From Octopus sinensis (lineage: Eukaryota): a stretch of DNA of 64,000 nt. The translations under genes and the position numbers were made by a program. Location: NCBI RefSeq assembly GCF_006345805.1, contig NC_042999.1:4774001-4838000 (forward strand). Reading direction: 5' to 3'. This document shows, piece after piece, positions 1 to 11,651 of this stretch; the stretch's first letter is position 1; each line of letters begins with the position of its first letter. Below the pieces are notes generated by a model. It did no database searches and was not told where the DNA came from. It saw only the letters and a program-made list of their open reading frames with translations.

Positions 1-330
1 AATTGTGTACAGTGCTCAGGTGCACTACAACTCATCTAAAGTGTATATATAATCAGGTGTAGTTTCGGCGGATTTCGGAAAGCATGAGGGCCTTAAAGGA
101 TGCAGTTTCATGGCAGTCAACAACTGACGCAGGCAGTTTATTCCATGCTTCAGCAACTCTGAGCATGAAAAAATGTTTCCGAAAGTCATGGGAGCTGTGT
201 TGTTTTCTGACTTTGTAGGCATGTCCACGTGTGTTAGACACATGGAGATCAAAAAGGTGTTCAGTGTTGTTGTTGGTGAGGTGGTTGATAACTAATGGTG
301 GTTGATAATTAATTGAAAGAAACACAGAGC
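1..330 (-). mobile_element. CR1-like LINE 3' fragment, second family
   Basis: TRGHAYK..RKHFF..RVAEAWNKLP peptide. The same family occurs at 2246-2588, 12110-12540, 21229-21605, 30978-31385 and 48266-48565. Confidence 0.85.
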
Positions 331-444
331 ATCCCAAAATAAATACAGTAATGAAAGGGTTAAAGGTTTTTCAACTTTCATCTCTGCATTGTTAGAAGCT
401 TTCCTCATTTCTCTTTTCAAATAAAAGAAACTTTTCTTAATATT

Positions 445-2025
445 ATAAGGCAGTGAGCTGGCAGAACCATTAGCATGATAGATAAAATACTAAGTGGTAT
501 TTGTTTGACTATATAAGGCGGCAAGTTGGCAGAAATGTTAGCACGCCGGGTGAAATGCTTAGCGATATTTCGTCTGCCATTACGTTCTGAGTTCAAATTC
601 TGCGGAGGTCGACTTTGCCTTTCATCCTTTCGGGGCCAATTAAATAAGTACCAGTTACACACTTGGGTCGATGTAATCGACTTAATCTGTTTATCTGTCC
701 TTGTTTAGCCCCTTTTGGGTAGTAAAGAAATAGGTATTTCGTCTGCCGCTACGTTCTCAGTTAAAATTCCGCCGAGGTCAACTTTGCCTTTCATACTTTT
801 GGGGTCGATTAAATAAGTACCAGTTACACACTGGGGTCGATATAATCGACTTAATCCGTTTGTCTGTCCTTGTTTGTCCTCTCTGTGTTTAGCCTTTTGT
901 GGGTAGTAAAGAAATAGGAATTTGTTTGACTTTATGTTCTGAGTTCAAATTCCACCAAGTTCAACTTTTGCTTTTCTTGCTTTTAGGATCAATAAAATGA
1001 ATCAACCAAGTACTGGAGGTTGATTTAATCAACTTGTTCCCGCTCCCAAAATTTCAGGTCTTGTGCTTATAAGAATTAGCATCAATTGATATTAGAAGCC
1101 AGCAAGGCAGGGAGATGGCAGAACCATGAGCGCACTAGGCAGCATGCTTAGCAGCATTCCATCTGTCTTCGTGTTCTGAGTTCAAATTTCGCCAAGGTTG
1201 ACTTTACCTTTCATCCTTTTGGGATAAAACAAGTACCAGTTGAGTACTGAGATCAATGTGATCAACTACCCCCCCAACACACACACACACACCAAAAGGC
1301 TTGCTTTGTGCCAAAATTTGAAACCAATATTCTATGACAGTGATCAGGTGGAATCCTTAGTGCATCAGGTGGAATCCTTAGTGCATCAGGTGAAATGCTT
1401 GAGGGCTTCCCTTCCAACTCTTTATCTTCTGTATTCAAATGCCATCAAGGTTCAACTTTCAGGCTGGATAAATAAAGCATAAATTGAACCCTGGGGTCAA
1501 TACAATTGACTTACTGCTTCCCTTTAAAATTTCTGACCTTGTGCCAAAATTCAAAACCATTATTAATTAATATTATAACCTTTATTAATTAATATTGTAT
1601 ATTTAAGGCGGCAAGCTGGCAGAAACGTTAGCACGCCGGGCGAAATGTGTGACGGTATTTCGTCTGTCTTTACATTCTGAGTTCAAATTCTGCCGAGGTC
1701 GACTTTGCCTTTCATCATTTCAGGGTCAATTAAATAAGTACCAGTTACACACTGGGGTCGATGTAATCGACTTAATCCATTTGCCTGTCCTTGTTTGTCC
1801 TCTCTGTGTTTAGTCCCTTGTGGGTAGTAAAGAAATAGGTATTTTGTCTGCCGTTATGTTCTGAGTTCAAATTCTGCCGAGGTCAACTTTGCCTTTTATC
1901 CATTCTGGGTCGATCAAATAAGTACCAGTTACACACTGGGGTTGATATAATTGACTTAATCATCCCTTTTTCTGTCCTTGTTTGTCCCTTCTATGTTTAG
2001 CCCCCTGTGGGCAATAAAGAAATAA
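445..2025 (+). mobile_element. Cluster of family B SINEs (Nin-domain-like), some with internal tandem duplication
   Basis: Repeated GCCGAGGTCGACTTTGCCTTTCATCCTTTCGGGGTCGA..AAGTACCAG core and GAGTTCAAATTC B box; 517-918 and 1607-2025 repeat a 170-185 bp 3' unit. Confidence 0.85.
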
Positions 2026-2073
2026 ATGTAATTTTATACTAATCTCGGATGTCTTTTCAAATTTATTTTGCAG

Positions 2074-2132
2074 AGGTCATGGTGCATATGCTACGGCTCT
2101 CAAGTTTAACAAAAATAAAACTGAAGTATTAT
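2074..2132 (+). CDS. NPC1: NPC1 internal coding exon (G-GHGAYATALKFNKNKTEVL-S)
   Basis: ttgcag acceptor, gtgagt donor. Peptide matches the NPC1 luminal GGHAAY region and phases join the next exon. Confidence 0.9.
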
Positions 2133-2245
2133 GTGAGTTGAATATGATTTGTCCAATTCTGTACATCAACCCTTTTGATACCAACCCATCTCAGACTGTC
2201 CTTGGTTCTAGAGTACAAATTCCCTGTTTTAACCTTTTAAAAAAA

Positions 2246-2588
2246 AATAATAATGAAATTACTGTATACAGTGCTCAGGTGCACCACAGCTTGTCCAAAG
2301 TGTGTATAAAGCATATGCAGTAATGTACAAATGTCTGGAAGCGAACAATGTATGAGTCAGATACATGCTTGCGTGTGTATGGAGGGGAGAAAATCAGGTG
2401 TAGTGTTGGTGAATCTCAGGAAGCACTACACCTGATTTTCTTCCCTCCATACACACGCAAGCATGTATCTGACTCATACACTGTTCACTTTCCAGACATT
2501 TGTACATTACTGCATATGCTTTATACGCACTTTCTGACAAGTTGTGGTGCACCTGAGCACTGTATACAATAATTTCATTATTATTATT
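2246..2588. mobile_element. Two head-to-head CR1-like 3' ends forming an inverted repeat
   Basis: Arms 2246-2405 and 2424-2588, 18-nt spacer, (ATT)n tails pointing outward. Confidence 0.85.
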
Positions 2589-2601
2589 ATTATTATTATT
2601 A

Positions 2602-2661
<60 letters not shown>

Positions 2662-2877
2662 GATATAGGATAACATTTTTTTCGGGAAAAAATTTTTATC
2701 AATGGCCAGCATATCAAAAAATGCCTTTGAAGGTAAAATTTATACATAATTTACAAGATAAGGGCAGAAGAAAAATTCTAATGTCAGATACGCCAAAACA
2801 AAAAATTGTCGATAACCATTAAATTTATGCATCTCGAAACAAACCGATAGAAATCTCTAAAAAATTTGCTATTACCA

Positions 2878-3470
2878 TCATCATCATCATCATCATCATC
2901 ATTTAACGTCCGCTTTCCATGCTAGCATGGGTTGGACGGTTCAACTGGGGTCTGGGGAGCCCGAAAGCTGCACCAGTCCAGTCAGATCTGGCAGTGTTTC
3001 TACAGCTGGATGCCCTTCCTAACGCCAACCACTCCGAGAGTGTAGTGGGTGATTTTATGTGCCACCGACACAGGTGCCAGACGAGGCTGGCAAACGGCCA
3101 CGCTCGGATGGTGTTTTTTATGTGCCACCGACACAGGTGCCAGACGAGGCTGGCAGACGGCCACGCTCGGATGGTGTTTTTATGTGCCACCGACACAGGT
3201 GCCAGACGAGGCTGGCAGACGGCCACGCTCGGATGGTGTTTTTATGTGCCACCGACACAGGTGCCAGACAAGGCTGGCAGACGGCCACGCTCGGATGGTG
3301 TTTTTATGTGCCACCGACACAGGTGCCAGATGAGGCTGGCAAACGGCCACGATCGGATGGTGCTTGTTACGTGCCCACAGCACGGAGGCCAGTCGATCCG
3401 GTACTGGCTACGGCCACGTTCGGATGGTTTTCCTATGTGCCCCGTGCCACCGGCACTGGTACCACAAAGA
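2878..3470 (-). mobile_element. Family C retroposon (RTE-like 3' UTR or RTE-mobilised SINE) with five 62-bp tandem units
   Basis: (GAT)n tail and GGTTGGCGTTAGGAAGGGCATCCAGC motif as in RTE-type 3' ends; about 30 copies in the window. Confidence 0.8.
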
Positions 3471-4242
3471 TATATTGGTCCAATTTTCTTCTGCCCTTAT
3501 CTTGTAAATATATATATATATATATTTAAACTTGGTACCATGTCATCGAAAGGTGTGAATGAACACTTTTCATTTTGCTTCAGTACCTTCTCTTAGTTTA
3601 TTAAACCCTTTCTTATCCTTCAACTCTTCTCTCACCTCATCTTTTTTCCCTTAACCTTCTTCGTAACTTCACCCACTCCTCCCACTTGCCTTTCCTTCTT
3701 CCCCTCCTACTCGCTTACTGTCTCTCATTCTTTTCTCTCCTGTCAACTTTTTCCTGAAGAACGACACTCTTTGAAACATTAGCTTTTCATCTCTTCCCCC
3801 TCCACCACCACCACCACCACAGCAAGTTCATTCTACTCTTAATGTCTAAGCTGTAGTTGCCATAAGAATTAGTTGCACTCTTCTTTATTGTATAGAATTA
3901 GTTGAAGTGAGTATCCAGCTTCCAAAAGTTATTCTATATTTTTGAGATGAAGAATTCATCATCATCATCATCATCATCATCAGATAACGTCCGTTTTCCA
4001 TGCTAGCATGGGTTGGACGGTTCAACTGGGATCTGGGAAGCCAGAAGGCTGCACCAGGCTCCAGTCTGATCTGGCAGTGTTTCTACAGCTGGATGCCCTT
4101 CCTAACACCAACCACTCCATGAGTGTAGTGGGTGCTTTTTACGTGCCACCGGCACAGGAGTCAGAGCAGGCTGGCAAACGGCCACGATCGGTTGGTGCTT
4201 TTTACGTGTCACCAACACAGACGCCAGTCAGGCGGACAGATA

Positions 4243-4515
4243 GGTGTCCTCATCTTGTTATCACATCATAGTGGATAAGAGCTCAGGCTACTAACCCTCG
4301 GATTCTAAGTTCAATCCCAGGCAGAGACTTGAAAAATAATATCAACAGAAAAAAATACCAGCAACATACCTTAGGATGTACCCCATTAGTCAAATAAAGG
4401 GTTGGGTTGGAAATTCCACCAGAACACCTGATGAAGGCTGGAGAATACATCAGCCGAAACGTTGTGGTAACAACAAACAAGGTGAGGACACCTCCCCATC
4501 CATTGTAAATAATGT
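4243..4515 (+). mobile_element. tRNA-headed, hammerhead-tailed PLE terminal unit with short inverted end
   Basis: Colinear with 20480-20715 and 42040-42280; 4243-4259 is a 16/17 inverted copy of 4476-4492. Confidence 0.7.
4423..4468 (+). ncRNA. Minimal type I hammerhead ribozyme motif (PLE type)
   Basis: aacac-CTGATGA-a-GGCTG..CAGCC-GAAA-CG-TT^gtggt; palindromic ACGT helix III; stem I 4/5 paired. Confidence 0.7.
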
Positions 4516-4842
4516 AAAAGTTAGCTTATATTTGAAATTGATCTTCATCAGCCTCCTCATCATCATTTAATGTCTACTTGTTGTACTGCATGAGTTGAAT
4601 GGTTTGATAGGGTGTAAAAAGCACTGGTGATGGTGCTGTGTAAAAAGCACCCAGTACATTCTGCAAAGTGGTTAGTGTTAGGAAGGGTGTCCCGCCATTG
4701 AAACCATGCCAAAAAAAGAGAATTGGGTCCTGGGGCAGCTCCTGGCCTTGCCATCTCTTGTCAAACCATTCAACCCATGCCAGCATGAAAAGCAGACGTT
4801 AAATGATGATGGTGACGGTGGCGCCGGCTTCTTCTTCTTCTT

Positions 4843-4961
4843 CTTCTTCTTCTTCTTCTCCTCATCATCATCATCATCATCATCACCACCACCACCATCA
4901 TCACCACTACCACCACCATCATCATCATCACCACCATCACCACCATCATCATCATCATCAT

Positions 4962-4993
<32 letters not shown>

Positions 4994-5005
4994 TCACTAT
5001 TATTT
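4843..5005. repeat. Compound (CTT)n/(CAT,CAC)n microsatellite
   Basis: Direct reading; source of the poly-His/Ser/Met ORFs. Confidence 0.95.
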
Positions 5006-5076
5006 TTTTTTTTTTTATAGACTCCACCTTTTAAGATAAAAAGTCATTTTTGTTTCAAATATTTTTGCTTTTCCAG

Positions 5077-5215
5077 CTTCCTATTTCATGTCATTCCATA
5101 CGGTGCTGAAGACGTCCACCGATTATATTGACGCTTATAAACACGCTCGAATAATTGCTGAAAATATTACAAAGACAATGAATGCTAGTGGGGAATACAA
5201 AGTTTTCCCTTACAG
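5077..5215 (+). CDS. NPC1: NPC1 coding exon ([46 protein letters not shown])
   Basis: ttccag acceptor, gtaagt donor. Matches NPC1 YFMTYHTVL...VFPYS. Confidence 0.96.
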
Positions 5216-6028
5216 GTAAGTTAAATTTAATTGGGAAGAAGAAAATAACTTGATATTTTTCTGTCATATTTTGTCTGCAGGAATGGCTCTGTGGTTAAGA
5301 AACCTGTTTCCCAATTACATAATTTCAAATTCAGTCTCACTGTGTGGCACCTTGGACAAATGTCTTCTACTATAACCCCGAGCTGACCAAATTCTTGTGA
5401 GCGGATTTGGTAGGTAAAAAGATTTAAAGAAGAATGTTGTGGTCAAGAAGTTGAACCTCAGTGACCTTTTTGTGTGCACAGTTTGTGACGGACCATGCCT
5501 TTCTTTTGCCAAGCTCAAATCTCATTTGTGGACCCATAAAAAACAAATCTCCACCAACTATTCTGCCGATATGTCTAAGGTGGCAAGCTGGCTGAAATTG
5601 GGTCCTTAAACTTGAAGGATCCTGGGTAACTACCCAGTGTACCCATACCTGGTTACTGCTACCCTAGGTAGGTTAGAGAACAGCATCTTGTTAATCAAGG
5701 GTACTTTCTAAATTTGTGGTTTGGGATCCGAAACTAGAAATTATTATCATTTTGCATGCATAAGGGATGGCAAGGAATCACTCGTCTTTGTGTGTTTGCA
5801 AAATTACTGGAAAACGGCTGGACAGATTTTCACCAAATTTGTCAGAAATACTCTTTGGGTGAGTGGCTTGAAATGATAAAAATTTGGTTTGATTATCTTC
5901 AAACATACATAAATAGATACAGAGATATGCAGCTCTATGTGCTTGTATGTGTGTGCACAGTGATGGATTTGAGGGTTTTGTATATTTACGAGTTGATTTC
6001 TTAATTTCACAGGAGTATAAATACCTAT

Positions 6029-6346
6029 GTGGAGGCACGTGGCCTAGTGGTTAGAGCAGTGGACTCGCGGTCGGGGGATCGCGGGTTCGAATCTCAGACC
6101 GGGCGATGTGTGTGTTTATGAACGAAACACCTAAGCTCCACACAGTTCCGGCAGAAGGTAATGGCGAAACTTCTGCTGACTCTTACGCCACAACTTTCTC
6201 TCACTCTTTCCTCCTGCATCTTGCAGCTCACCTGCGACAGACCGGTGTCCCATCCAGGTGGGGAAACTATACGCCAAGAAAACCGGGAAACCGGCCCTTA
6301 TGAGCCAGGCATGGCTCGAGAAGGAACAAACAACAAAACAAAATAC
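6029..6346 (+). mobile_element. tRNA-derived SINE (family D), full length
   Basis: A box TGGCCTAGTGG, B box GGTTCGAATC, 12-bp TSD ATAAATACCTAT (6017-6028 and 6347-6358). Confidence 0.9.
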
Positions 6347-7127
6347 ATAAATACCTATAATGGCAGTAATTAAAAAAAAATCACCGATGAGCAAGTGGTC
6401 ATTTTATTTATATCCTACAACGAACGACAGTATGTTTGATTCACCTGCCGTCACTGAAAGACGTTGATATGCAATATTTTATAGAAATATTTCATTTTGT
6501 TCACTTTCTTTTTCATATGAATTAGCCCTCGTCTGCACGTGTATAGATCATGGTGTACCTATGTGCATAGACACATGTGGGCACATACATACATAACTAT
6601 GTGCATACATAGATATGCGACTCTGTGTGTGTGTGTATACAGTGATGGATTCAAGGGTTTCATTTATTTACAAGTTGATTTCCTAATTTCACCATTCTTA
6701 GGCTTCTAATCCTCTTTTAGTCGAACACTTACAAAACTTAATTCCGTTCAATTAAAAAATTATGGATAAGCAACACATTGTAAATCACACTAGAATTTGC
6801 AAAAGAATTTATCTGCATGCAGGATATGTATCGCCCCGCCAATGCTTTTTTTTTTTTTTCATTATTGTTGTTGTTGTTAAGGCCGTGAGTTGCAGAATTG
6901 TTAGCATGCTGGGCAAAACGTTTAGCAACATTTCATCTTTCTTTACATTCTGAGCTAAAGTCATCTTTACCTTTCCTCCTTTCAGAGTCATTTCCATAAG
7001 TACCAGTTGTGCACTGCACTCAATGTAATCGACTTTACCCCTCCCCCCAAAATTGCTGGCCTTGTGCCAGAATTTGAAAGCAGTGTTGTTGTTGTTGACT
7101 ACCAAAGAAATTTTGTTTTATTTCCAG

Positions 7128-7359
7128 TGTCTTCTATGTGTTCTACGAGCAGTACCTATCAATCGTCAACGACTCCATCTTCAACATTGGGATGTGTTGT
7201 GCATCCATCTTCGTCATGACCGTCATTCTGATGGGATTTGATTTCCACACTGCAATCCTTGTCGTTTTTACCATTCTTATGATATTGGTCGATATGTTAG
7301 GAATGATGTACCTTTGGGATATACAGCTCAATGCCCTTTCACTTGTGAATCTTGTCATG
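7128..7359 (+). CDS. NPC1: NPC1 coding exon (VFYVFYEQYL...NALSLVNLVM), 232 nt
   Basis: ttccag/gtaagt boundaries. Contains FYVFYEQYL and LNAxSLVNLVM hallmarks; frame continuous. Confidence 0.97.
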
Positions 7360-7473
7360 GTAAGTTAATAGGTTGTTGGGTTTTTTTTTCATATTTACTT
7401 AATTACTTTACATACATTCTAACTACCTTCACTAACTTATTAATAAACATAACAGAAAAACTGTAAATATATA

Positions 7474-7858
7474 GGTGCAGGAATGGCTGTGTGGTAAGTA
7501 GCTTGCTTACCAACCACATGGTTCTGGGATCAGTCCCACTGCGTAGCAACTTGGGCAAGTGTCTTCTACTATAGCTTCGGACCGACCAAAGCCTTGTGAG
7601 TGGATTTGGTAGACGGAAACTGAAAGAAGCCCGTCGTATATATGCGTGTGTGTTTGTGTGTCTGTGTTTGTACCCCCAACATTGCCTGACAACTGATGCT
7701 GGTGAGTTTACGTCCCCATAACTTAGCAGTTCGGCAAAAGAGACCAATAGAACAAGTATGAGGCTTACAAAGAATAAGTCCTGGTGTCGAGTTGCTCGAC
7801 AAAAGGCGGTGCTCCAGCATGGCCGCAATCAGGTGACTGAAGCAAGTAAAAGAGTAAA
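7474..7858 (+). mobile_element. tRNA-derived SINE family A, full length (about 25 copies or fragments in window)
   Basis: Head GGAGTGGCTGTGTGG..GGTTCAGTCCC, CCTTGGGCAAG core, internal (TA/TG)n, (AAAGAGT)-type tail. Confidence 0.9.
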
Positions 7859-10048
7859 GGGTATATGAATTTGGGCCTCAGTTATTTTCTCTTCTACTAG
7901 GCCCCTCTCCCTCAAAATTTCAGGCTTTGTACCTTAAATAGAAAGGATAAATTAGAAGCATTAATCAGTGGTGTTAAATTTATAAAAAACATAACTCATT
8001 TGAGTTTTGTAGTTTATGTAATTTACAAACTTCAAGTTAGTTAAAATGTTTGCAACATATTTTGACTTCTAGATGCAAATTCATTGCAGTTACCATGGAG
8101 AAAAAATTCTCATCATCATCGTTTAACGTCTGCTTTCCATGCTAGCATGGGTTGGACGGTTCAACTGGGGTCTGGGAAGCCCGAAGGCTGCACCAGGCCA
8201 GTCAGATCTGGCGGTGTTTCTACAGCTGGATGCCCTTCCTAACGCCAACTTCTCTCCTATAGATAAATGTGTAAAAACATCATACCTGCCCAGTGTTGCT
8301 CCCTGTCAGGTTTCCAGACACAGTGTTTCTGGCTCTTTAGCCTTCCTCAATAAGACCGAAGAGAATTAACCCTGAGCAGATTCAAAAAGCGGTCAACATC
8401 AGTGATTGAGGCGTTCTTTTGGACTGCTTGGTTGAAATAAAAACAGCAGCATTAATGTAAATGTGTCCGTTATAATATCAAAGGGCTTTTTTCTCAATAA
8501 CTCTTAGGTGAATTGTAATACGATCGTAAGATGCTCAAATAATTAATTCAAAATTTTTAAATTATCAAAATTATTTTATACATTATATTTATTTATTTAT
8601 ATATATTTTTAATACAATAATGTCTTTCACACTGGTATGTCGTTATGATGAGTTTGGATACTGATTTTCTTTATTAATAATAATAATATATTATTAAAAA
8701 ATATATGTATATATTGCTCGTATTAAATATATAAATACTTTAATAGTATTAATACTTTGATACAGTAGAGCACTCAATATAAATTCAGTATATAATATTC
8801 TTATTGAATATATTTACCTAAAGATTTATACATAAATTGTAATAATAAATATAAAATATATTTCCTTTGCTAATAAGCATAATTTATGACATAAATGTGA
8901 GTAAATAAAAAAAACCACTGTGAAGTTCCCAACAGTAAGCCTGTTATAAAGAACGAGTTGCCAGAAGCAGATGTAAATTTAATTAGCTGTTGCCAGCTAA
9001 TTAAAGTAATCAGTTCAAAGGTCAGAAGCTTCTCTCTGTTTCTGGTATTCTATTGTGTCTCTCAACAAAAGGCTTGTACTTCCTAACAGAATGTTACCTT
9101 CAACAAATCACTCTCATCCAACAGATTGTTATCCCTTTCTCATTCTATAAATCTTCAGTTAAATATATCCTATAAGAATATTCTATACTGAATTTACAGT
9201 GAGGGCTCTTTTGTATCACAGTATTAATACTATTAAAGTATTTATACATTTACGCCTTGGTTGGCTTCCGTGCCGGTGGCACGTTAAAAGCACCAACCGA
9301 TTGTGGCCGATGCCAGAACCCCCTGGCACCTGTGCAGGTGGAACGTAAAAAGCACCCACTACACTGAGTTCACTCTATAAAGGGGTTGGCATTGGGAAGA
9401 GCATCCAGCTGTAGAAATCCTGCCAGAATAGACAATTGGCTCCTGGTACAGCTCTTTGGCTTCCCAGCTCCTGTTCCAACTGCCTGACCCATGCCAGCAT
9501 GAAAAACATAGCACCCACTACACTCACGGAGTGGTTGGCGTTAGGAAGAGCATCCAGCTGTAGAAACACTGCCAGATCAGACTGGAGCCCGGTGCAGCCC
9601 CTGGCTTCCCAGACCCCGGTCGAGCCGTCCAACCTGTGCTAGCGCGGAAAACGGACGTTAAACGATGATGATGATGAATATGAGCGATTATCATCATCAT
9701 CATTGTTTAACATCCGCTTTCCATGCTAGCACGGATTTTACTGAGGACTGGCAAACCAGATGGTTGCACCAGGTTCCAATCTTGATCTGGCAGAGTTTCT
9801 ACAGTTGGATGCCCTTCCTAATGCCAACCACTCCAAGAGTGTAGTGGGTGCTTTTATGTACCACCGGCATGAGGGCCAGTCAGGCGGTACTGGCAACGGT
9901 GATATATATAATACATTGTGAAATAATATTAGGAAATTGATATCAGAAAAATTCTTCAGAAAGATATATATATATGTAGAATGATTATTATATTAAAATA
10001 TATATATATAATAATAAATATGACAGCTTAAAATTTACTAGTTTAAAA

Positions 10049-10148
10049 TTAAGTTTTACGATCGTTTCGCAAAAGTATTGTCTCTATAATGGAATCCTAT
10101 ATTGATAAACATTTGTAGACAATACTTCTGTTCTTCAGAAATATAAAA
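10049..10148 (-). ncRNA. Type I hammerhead motif with long stem II
   Basis: CTGAAGA, 14-bp stem II (CAGAAGTATTGTCT/AGACAATACTTTTG), GAAA, palindromic ACGATCGT helix III, GTA triplet, 3-bp proximal stem I. Confidence 0.75.
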
Positions 10149-10326
10149 TGTGAAGCTTGTATAATTTATCGATAAATTATACAAACTTCACATTTTATAT
10201 CCCCTTCCCATTGTTCATTCACTACCAACAAACCGAAAACTAAACAGCATCATCATCATCATCATCATCATTAGCTTTACAAACCATTGTAGCTTCATTT
10301 TCTTACTTTAAAATTTATTTTTGCAG

Positions 10327-10440
10327 GCTATTGGAATATCAGTTGAATTCTGTTCTCATATTGCTCGAGGCTTTGCTGTAGCTAAGGAGGGAGACAAAGT
10401 CGCAAGGGCCCAATATGCTGTGGCTCATACAGGAAGTTCA
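10327..10440 (+). CDS. NPC1: NPC1 coding exon (AIGISVEFCSHIARGF...AHTGSS), 114 nt
   Basis: ttgcag/gtaagt boundaries; GISVEFCSHI motif. Confidence 0.97.
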
Positions 10441-10469
10441 GTAAGTGTTACACTTTCATTCTATTACTA

Positions 10470-10896
10470 CTTCCACCTTAGCGAAGGCAGAGGTATTGTT
10501 TTTAGTCGTGTTTGTTTGTCTGTGTACAAGATATCTCAAGAACTGCTGGATGGATTCGGATGAAACTTTCAGGGATGTTTGGCCTCATGACTGGCACAAA
10601 CTGATTAGATTTTAGGATCAATCAGATACCAGATAAGGATTTTGAATTATTTTTACATTTTTTTACTTAATTTACCATCATTTTTTTCCATTTTAATGCA
10701 TTTTTTTCGCTATTATATAAGGGAAGTAACTCTCTAAAAATGTCTACGATGAGTCAACGATTTAAAAAAAAATTTACCATCATTTTTTTTCCATTTTTAA
10801 TGCATTTTTTTGCTATTTTTTGGCTATAACTCTCTAAAAATGCTTATATAGTCATTTCCCTTACAAACCCGAGCAACGCCAGGCGATACTGCTAGT
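10470..10896 (+). mobile_element. Helitron-related fragments in NPC1 intron
   Basis: 3' part matches the 50523 element and ends CCGAGCAACGCCAGG..CTGCTAG|T. The 5' part is a different, less certain fragment. Confidence 0.65.
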
Positions 10897-11133
10897 TTAA
10901 ATATATGTGAGCCTGTCTAGATATGCAAGTATATGCATGAGAATACATACATAAAACAAAACATACAAATCTGCACATAACATACATATAAAGAAAAATA
11001 CCCTTTTGTTGATGTTGAAATTCTAATGAAGGAGCCTTGGATCTAGGTTAGAAACTAATTCTTTCTCTATTGGCAAGAAATCTTGAAATAAATTGAATAA
11101 TGACATACATACAAATAAAACAATATTATACAT

Positions 11134-11651
11134 GGGATTCAAGCCTCTTCTCCTTATCTCCTCAAAGACATACAGCATCTCGAAAGAGTCCAGAAGCTGG
11201 CTACCCGCATGGTTCATGGTCTCAAAAATTTGTCCTACGAAGAAAGGCTGAGGACGCTCGACCTTTATTCTCTTGAAAAACGCCGCCGCCGTGGTGATCT
11301 CATTCTTGCCCACAACATCATAAGCGGGAAGTGTAACCTCTCGAAAGAGCTGTTCTTCACTCCTGCTCCAGAGCGTCGGCTGCGGGGTCATTCCGAAAAG
11401 CTCTATCTGCGACGATTTCATCTCAATCGAAGGAGAGGAGCTTTCTCCGTCCGGGTTGCGGATCCGTGGACCAAGCTGCCAGATGAGATGGTGAAGATGC
11501 CGACGACCGCTTTGTTCAAAGCCTCCCTTGACCTCAAGTGGCCTGAACTCTTTACATGAACACCACCCTGTACTTAACTCCATGTCCCCCTACATGGCCT
11601 TGCTATTTGCTTTTGAGCCAAATTAACTAACTAACTAACTAACTAACTAAC
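11134..11651 (+). mobile_element. 5'-truncated CR1-like LINE, young, with (CTAA)n tail
   Basis: Uninterrupted frame 11134-11559 (KDIQHLERVQKLATRMV..SYEERL..LEKRRRRGDLI..RGH..FSVRV..W..LP), typical of the CR1-group ORF2 C-terminus. Confidence 0.92.

Noticed and set aside
3050-3365. CRISPR-like array (hairpin repeat plus spacer look)
   Set aside because: The spacers are copies of one another, the array lies inside a dispersed retroposon in a eukaryotic genome, and there are no cas genes.
2903-3596. Overlapping ORFs up to 225 aa
   Set aside because: Open frames through a 62-bp tandem array; many paralogous ORFs arise from family C copies.
4706-5039. Poly-His/Ser/Met ORFs
   Set aside because: Translations of a compound trinucleotide microsatellite in an intron; similar cases at 36957-37251 and 21879-22113.
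11023-11583. 186-aa minus-strand ORF
   Set aside because: Antisense shadow of the CR1 ORF2 fragment.
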